A stretch of DNA of 39,690 bases, taken from an uncultured Candidatus Saccharibacteria bacterium. GTDB lineage: Bacteria; Patescibacteriota; Minisyncoccia; UBA6257; WO2-44-18. Shown here one piece after another: positions 8,725-17,959 of the stretch. The stretch covers positions 1 through 39,690 of the forward strand of contig CAYJVO010000004.1 of NCBI GenBank assembly GCA_964373675.1. The letters run 5' to 3'. The position numbers and the translations under genes are program-made. Numbering within the stretch: the stretch's first letter is position 1; every line of letters begins with the position of its first letter. The notes under the pieces are model-generated. The model saw only the letters and a program-made list of their open reading frames with translations. It had not been told where the DNA came from and ran no database searches.

Positions 8725-10707
8725 ATGAAGTTTAGCTATCACTTAATCAAAAAACTCGGCACCAGAATTTCAACCAAAGAAAAGCTGATAGAAGTTTTGA
8801 ACTTTCATGCTTTTGAGGCCGTTGATTTGCCTGGCGACGGTATAGAGATTTCTGTGCCAGCCAATCGTTACTCGGACGGCTCTTCTCATTACGGAATAGC
8901 GGTAGTGGCTTCGGCGGCCATGGGTAAAAAGGCACCGAACCTAAAGTTTTTAAATCTAAAGGCCAAAAAGAAAAGCGCTGATTTTGGCGTGACGGTGGTC
9001 AACAAAAAACTTTGCCCCCGCTACAGCGCTTTTTACTCGGAGGTTAAGAATATCGGACAGTCGCCCGACTGGCTGCAGGAGATTTTAAAAACCTGCGGAT
9101 TGCGGCCGATTAATGCGGCCGTGGACATTATGAATTATGTGATGCTGGAAACCGGTCAGCCCCTTCACGTTTTTGATTTTGAGAAAATAGAGGGTCATCA
9201 ATTGACGGTGCGTTTGGCTAAAAAAGATGAAAAAATTCGCAGTATTGATGATGTGGATTATCCGCTAGGACTGAATGATTTGGTGATTGCTGATGACAAA
9301 GGGCCAGTAGCAATTGCCGGCATCAAGGGTGGTAAAAGAGCGGAGATTGATCCTAAATCCAAGCGGATTATTGTGGAAGCGGCCAATTTTGACGCCGCTG
9401 GTATTTATAAAACCTCCAGATCGCTTAATTTGATTACGGATGCTTCCAGTCGTTTTAATCATGGTTTGAGTCCGGTTCTGGTGGAACGAGCCGTTAAGCG
9501 GGCGGCCGAATTATTAAAAGCAATCTGCGGAGCCAAAATAGGCGATTGGATTGATGCGATATATAAAAAGCCGGTTCGCCATTTGGTTAAATTTGATAAT
9601 GAGAATTTTAACCGGTTGACCGGTTTGAAATTAAAAGAAAAAGAAGCCCTAGAGTATCTGAAGCGGCTTGGTTTTGTGATAAAAGGAAAAATTGTAGAAG
9701 CGCCAGCTGAGCGTACTGATGTTGCGATTTTAGCAGATCTTGCTGAGGAAATAATTAATATCTATGGCTATGAGAAATTGCCGGCCGCCGTCCCGAGAGT
9801 TTATCTTGTTCCTTCCGGAGATGAAGATCGGATCGTGCTTAAAGATAAAATTCGCCGTCTGCTGATTGGTTTTGGTTTAAGCGAGGCCTATAATTATTCC
9901 TTTGTTTCGCGCAAAGATCTGATTAGCGTCGGCGACGTTAATGTTAAATGGTGGGGAGCGGTTGCTTTGAAAAATCCGGTTAGCGACGAATTTGCCTATC
10001 TTCGTCCAAGTTTGTCTTTAGGGCTGTTTAAAAATGTAAAAGATAATTTGCGGTTTTTTGACGAAGTCCGGGTTTTTGAATTGGGAAGAGTTTTTGCGGA
10101 ACGGGAGCGGGGTTTTAGCGAGGATCCAATATTGGGGATGGCGATTGGTTTTAAGAAAGGCAATCCAGTACTGGAGCTCAAAGGTTTAGTAGACGAGCTG
10201 CTGAAGCGGGTAGGATTAGTTGATTATTTCTTTCGCGATTTAGATACGGATTTGAAATTTCTGGATGTTGAACATAGTTTGCGAATAGAGTCAGGCAATC
10301 ACCAAGTTATTGGGTATCTTGGCTTAGTAAATCATAAAATTTCTTCTAACACCGCGATTGCCGAATTATATTTGGATAAGCTTTTAAATTTAATCGTTGA
10401 GGAAAAAGAGTACTTGCCGCTTTCCAAATTTCCGTCTGTTATGCGCGACCTTTCCTTGCTAGTGCCGGAATCAACCCGGGTAGGCGAAATAATGGAGACC
10501 ATTGAGCTAGGAGCGCCCAGATATGTGGACGATGTGGATCTGGTTGATTTTTATCAGGACGAAAGATTGGGCGCGGACCGAAAAAGTTTGACCTTTCGCT
10601 TGGTTTTTCAGGCAAACGATCGTACTTTAACCGACGAAGAAGTGGGCCAGGAGATGGAAGAGATAATAGCCGCATTGCAGCAGAAGTTTGATGTGGAGGT
10701 GCGTTAA
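8725..10707 (+). CDS. pheT: Phenylalanyl-tRNA synthetase beta subunit (short, 660 aa)
   Basis: INAAVDIMNYVMLETGQPLHVFD, DLAEEIINIYGY, NPVSDEFAYLRPSL and C-terminal FPSVMRDLS/KSLTFRL/DRTLTDEEV. B2 OB-fold appears absent. Confidence 0.96.
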   Translation: MKFSYHLIKKLGTRISTKEKLIEVLNFHAFEAVDLPGDGIEISVPANRYSDGSSHYGIAVVASAAMGKKAPNLKFLNLKAKKKSADFGVTVVNKKLCPRYSAFYSEVKNIGQSPDWLQEILKTCGLRPINAAVDIMNYVMLETGQPLHVFDFEKIEGHQLTVRLAKKDEKIRSIDDVDYPLGLNDLVIADDKGPVAIAGIKGGKRAEIDPKSKRIIVEAANFDAAGIYKTSRSLNLITDASSRFNHGLSPVLVERAVKRAAELLKAICGAKIGDWIDAIYKKPVRHLVKFDNENFNRLTGLKLKEKEALEYLKRLGFVIKGKIVEAPAERTDVAILADLAEEIINIYGYEKLPAAVPRVYLVPSGDEDRIVLKDKIRRLLIGFGLSEAYNYSFVSRKDLISVGDVNVKWWGAVALKNPVSDEFAYLRPSLSLGLFKNVKDNLRFFDEVRVFELGRVFAERERGFSEDPILGMAIGFKKGNPVLELKGLVDELLKRVGLVDYFFRDLDTDLKFLDVEHSLRIESGNHQVIGYLGLVNHKISSNTAIAELYLDKLLNLIVEEKEYLPLSKFPSVMRDLSLLVPESTRVGEIMETIELGAPRYVDDVDLVDFYQDERLGADRKSLTFRLVFQANDRTLTDEEVGQEMEEIIAALQQKFDVEVR

Positions 10708-10731
10708 AAAATCCCTGCGTTTGCAGGGATT
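10706..10731. terminator. Bidirectional terminator between convergent genes
   Basis: aaaaaatccctgc-gttt-gcagggatt. Confidence 0.65.
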
Positions 10732-11287
10732 AAGTTCCATCGTATTCTTGGAAATAATTCGGTTTAGCTTGTTGAAGGACATCAAAATACTTTCTTACCA
10801 AATCCGCTTCCTCCTTATTTAAATTGTTAGCTGTTGTAAGTTCGCGCAGTTCCATATTAAAGGAGGTTTGGCTGATGCCGCTATGGCGATTTTTATAGGC
10901 CAGCTCTGCGACCTTTTTAACCGCTTCTCTTGCTGCGGCTAATTTTTTAATCAGGATTTTTAAATAACGCGAAGCTATTTTTTGCCTGTATTCTGACCAA
11001 TCTTTTCTGTAAGCAAGAATAAACACCCAGTGAATTTCATTTCCGTATTTAACCAGCAGTGACTGTTTTCGTCGCCGCATAACCACCCCCGTTAGTTTCA
11101 GGCCGCTTGGCTGGCTGTGGGGGCGGTTGATTAAGTAATAAGCAACGCCAACGCCCCTTTTTAAACGTTGGACCGGCGTTTTCTCAATATCCAGAAATTC
11201 TTTTGGTTTCACCAAACCGCGGATTAAACGATGGCTGATTTTTTTGCCAATCATTCTGTTTGCAAAATAGGAGGCCGATTCATCCAT
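10730..11287 (-). CDS. Hypothetical basic protein
   Basis: 185-aa ORF with SD-like GAGGG upstream; no family recognised. Confidence 0.6.
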   Translation of the reverse strand: MDESASYFANRMIGKKISHRLIRGLVKPKEFLDIEKTPVQRLKRGVGVAYYLINRPHSQPSGLKLTGVVMRRRKQSLLVKYGNEIHWVFILAYRKDWSEYRQKIASRYLKILIKKLAAAREAVKKVAELAYKNRHSGISQTSFNMELRELTTANNLNKEEADLVRKYFDVLQQAKPNYFQEYDGT

Positions 11288-11408
11288 CTTAATCCCTCTT
11301 AAGGCGCTGGCTAAAAAATAACAGATTTTATAGAAAAATCAAGGTTTCGGGCGTTTGTTTTTCGGACCAAATCTTGCTATAATTATAGAACCTAAATAGG
11401 TTCTAATT

Positions 11409-14400
11409 ATGGCGAGAACAAAAAAACAGCCGAAATCCCCAAAGACCGCCTCTTATACTGCCAAAGACATCTATGTTTTAGAGGGTTTGGAGCCGGTGCG
11501 AAAGCGGCCGGGAATGTATATTGGCACCACCGATACTGCCGGTCTTCACCACCTTATTTGGGAAGTGGTTGACAATTCTATTGATGAGGCAATGGCCGGC
11601 TACGCCAAAAATATCCGCGTAGAACTTTTGCCGAATCACCGAGTCGCCGTTATTGATGATGGCCGCGGCATTCCGGTTGAGGTTCATGCCCAAACCAAGA
11701 AATCAACCTTGGAGACAGTAATGACGACCCTTCATGCCGGCGGCAAATTCGGCGGCGAATCCTACAAGGTCTCGGGTGGACTTCACGGCGTTGGCGTTTC
11801 CGTAGTTTGCGCCCTTTCTCAATGGATGAAGGTTGAAATTTGCCGCGATGGCGCTCTTTATGAGCAGGAATATAAGCGAGGCAAACCGCAGTACAAAGTC
11901 CGCAAAGCGGGAAAGTGCGGTATCACCGGAACAAAAGTGGCTTTTGAGCCCGATCCAGAAGTTTTTAAAACGATTGAATTTGACCCGAAACGCATTCTAG
12001 ATCATTTGCGTCAGCAATCGTTTCTTACTAAAGATGTAAAAATTGAATTTATTGACTCCCGTAAAGAAATCCCAACCTACCATGGATTTTATTTTGACGG
12101 CGGTTTACTCTCTTTTCTTACATACTTAAACAGCGGCGAAAAATTTCTTCAAGAAGTTCCCTTTTATGTTCATAAATCTCAGCAAAACGTGGAGGTTGAG
12201 GTGGCATTTATTTATAACAATGAAATTGAAACTGAGGAATTAAGTTTTGCCAACAATATTTATACGCCGGATGGCGGTATGCATTTGACCGGTTTTCGTT
12301 CTGCGCTGACCCGTTATTTAAACGACTATGCCCGAGATAACGATTACCTTAAAAAGGCCGAGGATAATTTGACTGGCGATGATGTTCGGGAAGGGCTGAT
12401 CGCCATCGTAGCCGTAAAGCTCCGCGAGCCGCAATTTGAAGGACAGACCAAGGCTCGACTAGGCAGCCCGGAAGCAAGGACGGCAGTGGAAAGCGTGGTT
12501 GGCGAGGCGCTTAAAAACTTTTTAGAAAAAGAATCGGCAGATGCCCGCCGCCTTATTGAAAAGTGTCTCTTGGTCGCTAAAGCTCGCAAAGCCGCCAAAG
12601 CCGCCAAAGACACTATACTGCGAAAGGGGGCGTTGGAAGGATTGACTTTGCCTGGCAAGCTTGCCGACTGCAGTTCCCGCAATCCGGCGGAATCCGAGCT
12701 TTTCATCGTGGAAGGCGATAGTGCCGGTGGATGTTTTTCTGGAGAAGTAAAAGTTGCTTTGGTTGACGGAAGAAATTTATCCTTTAAACAATTAGTAAAA
12801 GAATCCGAAAAAGGAATTAGAAATCATTGCTACACAATTAATAAAAATAGATCCATCGAAATTGGTGAGATTATTAATCCGAGAATAACGAAAAGAGATG
12901 CCGAAGTAATAAAGGTTATTTTAGATAACGAAGAAGAAATTATTTGCACTCCCGATCACGAATTTATGCTAGCAGACGGCTCTTTTAAGAAATCACGCAA
13001 GTTAACCCCAGAAGATTCTTTAATGCCGCTATACAAACAATATTCCAGAATTGGAAGAAGAATTACTATTAATGGATACGAAATGGTTTTTGATCCAAGC
13101 CAGCGCCGCTGGATTTTTACACATCTTTTGTCGGACCAACAGAATTTGAAACAAAGCAGCTACTCCGAAAAAGATGGTCCACATCGCCATCATAAAGATT
13201 TTAATAAACTTAATAATAACCCGGAAAACATTATTCGACTAACCAAAGAAGAGCAGTCATTTATTCATCGGCAATTAGCCGAAAGGACATTGCGGCGCCC
13301 AGAGGTTTTGGAAAAACTTAGAGAATTGAGAAAAACGCCAGAATTGAGAAATAAAATCAAAAACAAGATGCTTGCCACGCGAAATCAATTGAGTGCTAGG
13401 GCTAAAAAACAGTGGGAAAATCAGGAATACAAAAAGTTTATGAAGAATAGTTTCTTGAAATTTTATCGCAACAACGCTAATTATCGAGAACAGAACAAAA
13501 CGCTTCTTAATGAAGCTCAAAAATTGTATTGGGGTGATGAATCTAACAGATTTAAACAGGCAGAAAAAGTGAAACATTATTTTTCAGAACATCCGGAGAA
13601 GGCGACGGAATTATCTGCTTCAGCGAAAAGACAATGGAGCGACGAACAGTTGAAAAACTGGCGCAGAGAAAAGACAAAGGAGCAGTGGACCGAAGAATTC
13701 AGAGAAAAAAGGCACAAGGCTTATAATGCGACGTATTGCAATAAAGCTCTGAAAACGATACGAAAGGTTTATGAAAAAGTTGGAAATGTAGACAGCCAAG
13801 AATACGACATTATAAGAAAAGAAACTAACGATAAAAGCTTACTAAGATACGATACCATTCTGTTGAGATTCTTTGGGGGCGATGAAGACAAACTACGAGA
13901 AGCGGTACTTAATTACAATCACAAAGTCAAGAAAATTATCAAATTAATCCAAAAAATTGATGTTTATGATTTGGAAGTGCCGGGTACGCATAATTTTGCA
14001 TTGGCATCCGGAATCTTCGTACATAATAGCGCGAAACAAGGACGAGATCGGCGCACTCAGGCGATCCTGCCGCTCAAAGGCAAGATTTTAAATGTGGAAA
14101 AATCCAGAATAGACAAGATGCTTCTTAATAAGGAAATAAAAGCACTGGTGGTGGCGCTTGGCACGGCTATTGCCGAATCTTTTGACATTAATAAATTGCG
14201 GTATCATAAAGTTGTACTAATGACGGATGCCGATGTTGACGGGTCTCATATCCGCACTTTGCTGTTGACGCTTTTTTACCGCCATTTCCATCCGGTGATT
14301 GAAAATGAGCATTTGTTTATTGCTCAGCCGCCCCTTTATCGCATCCAAAAAGGGAAGGAAGTACATTATGCCTATAAAGAAGAAGAGAAAGATAAGATTC

Positions 14401-14636
14401 TCCGCGCATTGAAAGAGGGCGCAGGCATTCAGCGTTACAAAGGATTGGGCGAAATGAATCCAGAACAGCTTTGGGAGACAACTATGAACCCTGTCAATCG
14501 GACGCTCAAATTAGTTGCTGTAGAGGATGCGCAGGAAGCAGACCGATTGTTTGATATTTTAATGGGCGAAGAGGTTGAGCCGAGAAAACAATATATTCAA
14601 ACCCGCGCCCAGTATGTGAAAAACCTTGACATCTAA
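11409..14636 (+). CDS. gyrB: DNA gyrase subunit B, intein-containing precursor
   Basis: LEGLEPVRKRPGMYIG, EVVDNSIDEA, GGLHGVGVS, VEGDSAGG|intein|SAKQGR, PLKGKILNV, MTDADVDGSHI, QRYKGLGEMN. Confidence 0.97.
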   Translation: MARTKKQPKSPKTASYTAKDIYVLEGLEPVRKRPGMYIGTTDTAGLHHLIWEVVDNSIDEAMAGYAKNIRVELLPNHRVAVIDDGRGIPVEVHAQTKKSTLETVMTTLHAGGKFGGESYKVSGGLHGVGVSVVCALSQWMKVEICRDGALYEQEYKRGKPQYKVRKAGKCGITGTKVAFEPDPEVFKTIEFDPKRILDHLRQQSFLTKDVKIEFIDSRKEIPTYHGFYFDGGLLSFLTYLNSGEKFLQEVPFYVHKSQQNVEVEVAFIYNNEIETEELSFANNIYTPDGGMHLTGFRSALTRYLNDYARDNDYLKKAEDNLTGDDVREGLIAIVAVKLREPQFEGQTKARLGSPEARTAVESVVGEALKNFLEKESADARRLIEKCLLVAKARKAAKAAKDTILRKGALEGLTLPGKLADCSSRNPAESELFIVEGDSAGGCFSGEVKVALVDGRNLSFKQLVKESEKGIRNHCYTINKNRSIEIGEIINPRITKRDAEVIKVILDNEEEIICTPDHEFMLADGSFKKSRKLTPEDSLMPLYKQYSRIGRRITINGYEMVFDPSQRRWIFTHLLSDQQNLKQSSYSEKDGPHRHHKDFNKLNNNPENIIRLTKEEQSFIHRQLAERTLRRPEVLEKLRELRKTPELRNKIKNKMLATRNQLSARAKKQWENQEYKKFMKNSFLKFYRNNANYREQNKTLLNEAQKLYWGDESNRFKQAEKVKHYFSEHPEKATELSASAKRQWSDEQLKNWRREKTKEQWTEEFREKRHKAYNATYCNKALKTIRKVYEKVGNVDSQEYDIIRKETNDKSLLRYDTILLRFFGGDEDKLREAVLNYNHKVKKIIKLIQKIDVYDLEVPGTHNFALASGIFVHNSAKQGRDRRTQAILPLKGKILNVEKSRIDKMLLNKEIKALVVALGTAIAESFDINKLRYHKVVLMTDADVDGSHIRTLLLTLFYRHFHPVIENEHLFIAQPPLYRIQKGKEVHYAYKEEEKDKILRALKEGAGIQRYKGLGEMNPEQLWETTMNPVNRTLKLVAVEDAQEADRLFDILMGEEVEPRKQYIQTRAQYVKNLDI
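12732..14027 (+). mobile_element. Intein (432 aa) with HNH-type endonuclease region in gyrB
   Basis: Starts CFSGEVKV, block B CTPDHEF, HRHHKDFNKLNNNPEN (HNH-like), ends VYDLEVPGTHNFALASGIFVHN followed by Ser+1. Confidence 0.95.
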
Positions 14637-14665
14637 TGATAAAGTTAATACAATAATACGAACCT

Positions 14666-14848
14666 ATGTTAGCCAGATTAAAGTCTTTTCTTGCCGAGTC
14701 TCGTCAGGAATTCAAACGGATTAATTGGCCCAATTCCAGAGAAACAGTTCGGATGACTATTATGGTTATAGCCCTCTCATTGATAGTCGCCGTTTTTCTC
14801 GGCGTTTTAGATTTTATTTTTACTGGCGCGTTGAGACAAATTCTTTAG
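14666..14848 (+). CDS. secE: Preprotein translocase subunit SecE
   Basis: EFKRINWP plus one TM helix; upstream of nusG. Confidence 0.93.
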   Translation: MLARLKSFLAESRQEFKRINWPNSRETVRMTIMVIALSLIVAVFLGVLDFIFTGALRQIL

Positions 14849-14860
14849 ATTCGTAACTTT

Positions 14861-15433
14861 ATGGCAGAAGAAAAGGCAAGACAGCTTTCTAACAATATTA
14901 CAAAAGAGCGTCATTGGTACGCGCTTCATACTTATTCCGGTTATGAAGACGCGGTTGCGCGTTATTTAAAGCAGCGCGTTGATTCTCTGGCGATGAATGA
15001 CAAGATTTTTAATATCATTGTTCCTAAGGAAAGAAATATTAAGATTAAAAACGGCAAGCGCCGGACTGTGGAAGAAAAAATTTATCCCGGCTATGTGCTG
15101 GTGGATATGGTTTTAACTGATGATTCCTGGTATGTGGTGCGTAACACGCCGCGGGTGACTGGCTTTGTCGGCTCTGACAGCACTACCCCCACGCCCCTTT
15201 CTAAAGAAGAGATTGATGTCTTGATAGCAAGAATGAGCGGTTCGGAAGAAACCAAATTCATAGTTGAACTTAAGCCAGGCGAAATGGTAAAAATTACTGA
15301 CGGGCCGTTTAAAGATTACGATGCCAAGGTTGCCGAAGTAGATGAGCAGCGAGCCAAAATTAAGGTGCTGGTGCCGATTTTCGGAAAGGATACGCTAGTG
15401 GAATTGGATTCTTTACAGGTACAGAAAATTTAG
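14861..15433 (+). CDS. nusG: Transcription termination/antitermination factor NusG
   Basis: WYALHTYSGYE, IYPGYVLV, VRNTPRVTGFVG, KOW motif ITDGPFKD. Confidence 0.97.
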   Translation: MAEEKARQLSNNITKERHWYALHTYSGYEDAVARYLKQRVDSLAMNDKIFNIIVPKERNIKIKNGKRRTVEEKIYPGYVLVDMVLTDDSWYVVRNTPRVTGFVGSDSTTPTPLSKEEIDVLIARMSGSEETKFIVELKPGEMVKITDGPFKDYDAKVAEVDEQRAKIKVLVPIFGKDTLVELDSLQVQKI

Positions 15434-15552
15434 TTACGCTTTGCTACAGTTAATGAGTTACGCTTCGCCAAGTCTGACTTGGCTTCGCTTGAGTGAATGA
15501 GATTGACTCATCAACTGCGGGCCGAAGGCCGTAACTCATCAACTCATCAACT
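15434..15552. repeat. Heptamer-repeat inverted arms with nested GC hairpins in the nusG-rplK spacer
   Basis: gttaatgagtt / aactcatcaactcatcaact arms; internal gccaagtc-t-gacttggc and ggccgaaggcc hairpins. Confidence 0.7.
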
Positions 15553-15981
15553 ATGGCTACAAAGCCCATCAAAACAGTTCTAAAACTCCAGATTGAGGCC
15601 GGAAAGGCCAATCCGGCTCCCCCGATCGGACCGGCTTTAGGTCAGCACGGAGTAAATATTGCCGAGTTCTGCAAGCAGTTTAATGATGCGACTAAAACTA
15701 TGACTGGCGATGTCATTCCGGCGGAAATCACAATTTATGAAGACCGGAGCTTCACTTTCAAATTAAAAACCCCGCCGGCTTCGGCGCTTCTCAAAAAAGC
15801 CGCTGGCATTGAAAAAGGAGCGGCTACTCCCAATACTCAAAAAGTTGGAAAAGTTACTAAAGAGGATTTGAGAAAAATCGCGGAGCGCAAAATGGCCGAT
15901 TTAAATACAGAAGATATTGAAGCGGCAATGCGCATCGTGGCCGGAACAGCCAGAAATATGGGCCTCGATATCATTGAGTAA
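15553..15981 (+). CDS. rplK: 50S ribosomal protein L11
   Basis: [42 protein letters not shown]. Confidence 0.98.
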   Translation: MATKPIKTVLKLQIEAGKANPAPPIGPALGQHGVNIAEFCKQFNDATKTMTGDVIPAEITIYEDRSFTFKLKTPPASALLKKAAGIEKGAATPNTQKVGKVTKEDLRKIAERKMADLNTEDIEAAMRIVAGTARNMGLDIIE

Positions 15982-16018
15982 ATTATTGATGGTACTGCTC
16001 GGCCTAAAGGGGGAAAGG

Positions 16019-16049
16019 AGCTCTTTTACGCGTAAAAGAGCTATTTTTT
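16019..16049 (+). terminator. Perfect 24-bp palindrome plus T tract after rplK
   Basis: agctcttttacg|cgtaaaagagct then atttttt. Confidence 0.7.
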
Positions 16050-16059
16050 ATTGGTTAAT

Positions 16060-16290
16060 TTTTATTCTCCTTCGCCGAAAACCCCGGGCGGCCTACTCCG
16101 CCGAAGTAGCTTCAGCTACGAAGGCTGGATAAGGCCGTGGAGTTTCATTCTCTTTACGCCGAATTCCCGTCCACTATAAACGCTGTAGCAGATACAGCGG
16201 GAGGTTTTAGATACCCTTGTTGAGCGTTCGGCCTTCGTAGCCGAAGGCTACTTCGGCGAAAGAGACCAAGCTCAAGGAGACTCATTTTTA
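16060..16290. repeat. Composite palindromic non-coding element (MITE/REP-like) containing two inverted copies of a 27-28 bp hairpin
   Basis: cgccgaagtagcttcagctacgaaggc (16099-16125) versus gccttcgtagccgaaggctacttcggcg (16231-16258), each nested in a larger stem. Confidence 0.65.
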
Positions 16291-16419
16291 GAAAGTATGG
16301 AACAAGAAAAAACTTTGGACTGAAATAGCAAAATTTAGTGCTGGGGTTATTTTTGAATTTTTTGCCTCCCCGAATTATTTGTGGTAGTTTAGACTTAGTA
16401 ATTTGATAAAAAGTAAGAA

Positions 16420-16770
16420 GTGAAAGGATGCTATTATACCACCCTGCAAGGCGAAAAGCTGAACCTCAAAAAGCTCAACAAAAGCCAGAAAGAATTACTG
16501 CGCAAATTCTATGAATTATATAAAGCAAAACACGAACTTGTCGGTTTCTTTAATGCGATGAATTCTTATTACAATTTAAAAATCATGGGGGCCCCGTGTA
16601 TAGGCGGTCAATGTTGGATTAACTTAAAGGTGCTTCGCTCGGTTATTTACAGCGTATTACAAGATTTAGGAAACCGATTAGCGGGGGAGCAAGGTTTTTT
16701 AAAACGGTCTCAGCGCGCCAATACCGACTTCACTGAAAACGAAAAAGTACTAAAGGAATTTTTCGTATAA
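16420..16770 (+). CDS. Hypothetical protein
   Basis: 116-aa ORF with GTG start, followed by terminator-like aaatcgcc...ggcgatttttttg. Confidence 0.6.
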   Translation: MKGCYYTTLQGEKLNLKKLNKSQKELLRKFYELYKAKHELVGFFNAMNSYYNLKIMGAPCIGGQCWINLKVLRSVIYSVLQDLGNRLAGEQGFLKRSQRANTDFTENEKVLKEFFV

Positions 16771-16877
16771 ATCGCCAATCCGCCAACTGGTGGAGAGGCG
16801 ATTTTTTTGTTTGACATGAAATATCTAAACGATTAACTTAAAAGTAGTTTCCTTTTTGTTCTTTGAGAGGTGGGAAA

Positions 16878-17483
16878 GTGAAACGGAAAAAGAGACGCCG
16901 ATACATAACTTACTTAGCCGGGCCAATGCAAGCCGTTTCTTACAGCGGCACCGGTTGGAGAGTGTTCCTAACCAATCTTCTTAAAAAATATAATATTAGA
17001 GTTCAGGATCCGGTTAAGACGGAGAGAGAAAAAACTGGAATGTCTGCTTCCAGAACTAAGGCCTATCTGAAAACGCTTGCTGCTTTGATACTGCAGGGCG
17101 ACAATGACGCAGAGCGGAAGTTTAAAAAATTGATGCGCCGCATCGTCAGGAATGATTTTAAAATGGTGAACCGCTCCGATTTTATTATTGCTCAGGTGAT
17201 TGAGGGAGTGGTATCTATCGGCACTACCGCGGAGATCATTCATGCTTCGGAGAAAAAAATTCCCGTTTATGTTATTTACAGCGGTCGACCTCATTATTTC
17301 AGCCATTGGCTGTTAGATTATATTGTGCGTTCCGGCGGCAAAGTCTTCAGGGAAAAAAATAAGAATTGTTTTAAAAAATGTCTGGATTATCTGCGTAATA
17401 AATTTGAGTTGGAAGAATTAGAATTGGAGCGCAACGGTGTGAAAAATAAACGCAGGAAGCGAAGGATGAAAGGAAGGCGATGA
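16878..17483 (+). CDS. Nucleoside 2-deoxyribosyltransferase/nucleotide N-hydrolase superfamily protein
   Basis: YLAGPM, W-R, DP, D..MVNRSDFIIA, SIGTTAE (catalytic Glu position), KIPVYV. GTG start with GAGGTG upstream. Confidence 0.75.
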   Translation: MKRKKRRRYITYLAGPMQAVSYSGTGWRVFLTNLLKKYNIRVQDPVKTEREKTGMSASRTKAYLKTLAALILQGDNDAERKFKKLMRRIVRNDFKMVNRSDFIIAQVIEGVVSIGTTAEIIHASEKKIPVYVIYSGRPHYFSHWLLDYIVRSGGKVFREKNKNCFKKCLDYLRNKFELEELELERNGVKNKRRKRRMKGRR

Positions 17484-17914
17484 AGATCAAAGTGCCCGAT
17501 TTCAGCGAGTGGGATTTAAAAAAGACAGACTATGTTTATTATGACACTGCAAAAGAAGATTTTTTTATTGACAATGAGTATGTTGATTTAGAGCCGCAGT
17601 CGGTATTTATCGGCTGTATGAAAGATTTTACAACCAAAGATGGCTTAGGTATGGGCCGCTCCGTAATTTTTTATAATCAAGGCGAGGTGATTAAGTTTTG
17701 GGGAATGAAAGGCGAAGGGTGGTCTTTTTGGGCGATGCAAGAAGACGAAAAATGGCGAATTTTTTCCTTCAAGGATTACTACAATTTGGTATGCAGTCTG
17801 CATCCGGTTGGCGATAATAAGCGGATTGCCGGCGTTCGCCTGGTTGCTGTAAAGCGAGACACTGAAAAAGAATTCTTCGGCATAAATATTTTTAGCCCCC
17901 GCACTAAAAAGTAA
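17480..17914 (+). CDS. Hypothetical protein, probable paralog of 19484-19918
   Basis: 144 aa; ATGA overlap with the upstream gene; shares PDF..W, TD.YY..KE, KFWG and DE.W with the ORF at 19484. Confidence 0.7.
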   Translation: MKIKVPDFSEWDLKKTDYVYYDTAKEDFFIDNEYVDLEPQSVFIGCMKDFTTKDGLGMGRSVIFYNQGEVIKFWGMKGEGWSFWAMQEDEKWRIFSFKDYYNLVCSLHPVGDNKRIAGVRLVAVKRDTEKEFFGINIFSPRTKK

Positions 17915-17959
17915 GTGCGGGATTTTTGTTATATCTCACGGGGTATGGCATAATTTTTT

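Noticed and set aside
15917..16132. 71-aa ORF ending AEVASATKAG
   Set aside because: Overlaps rplK and reads through a terminator and a palindromic repeat.
16297..16387. Possible frameshifted remnant (NKKKLWTEIAKFSAGVIF...)
   Set aside because: Too short and lacks an in-frame start; cannot be supported without a homology search.
16420..17914. Orphan cluster as a prophage or integrative element
   Set aside because: No integrase, structural genes or att-like repeats; only three small genes.
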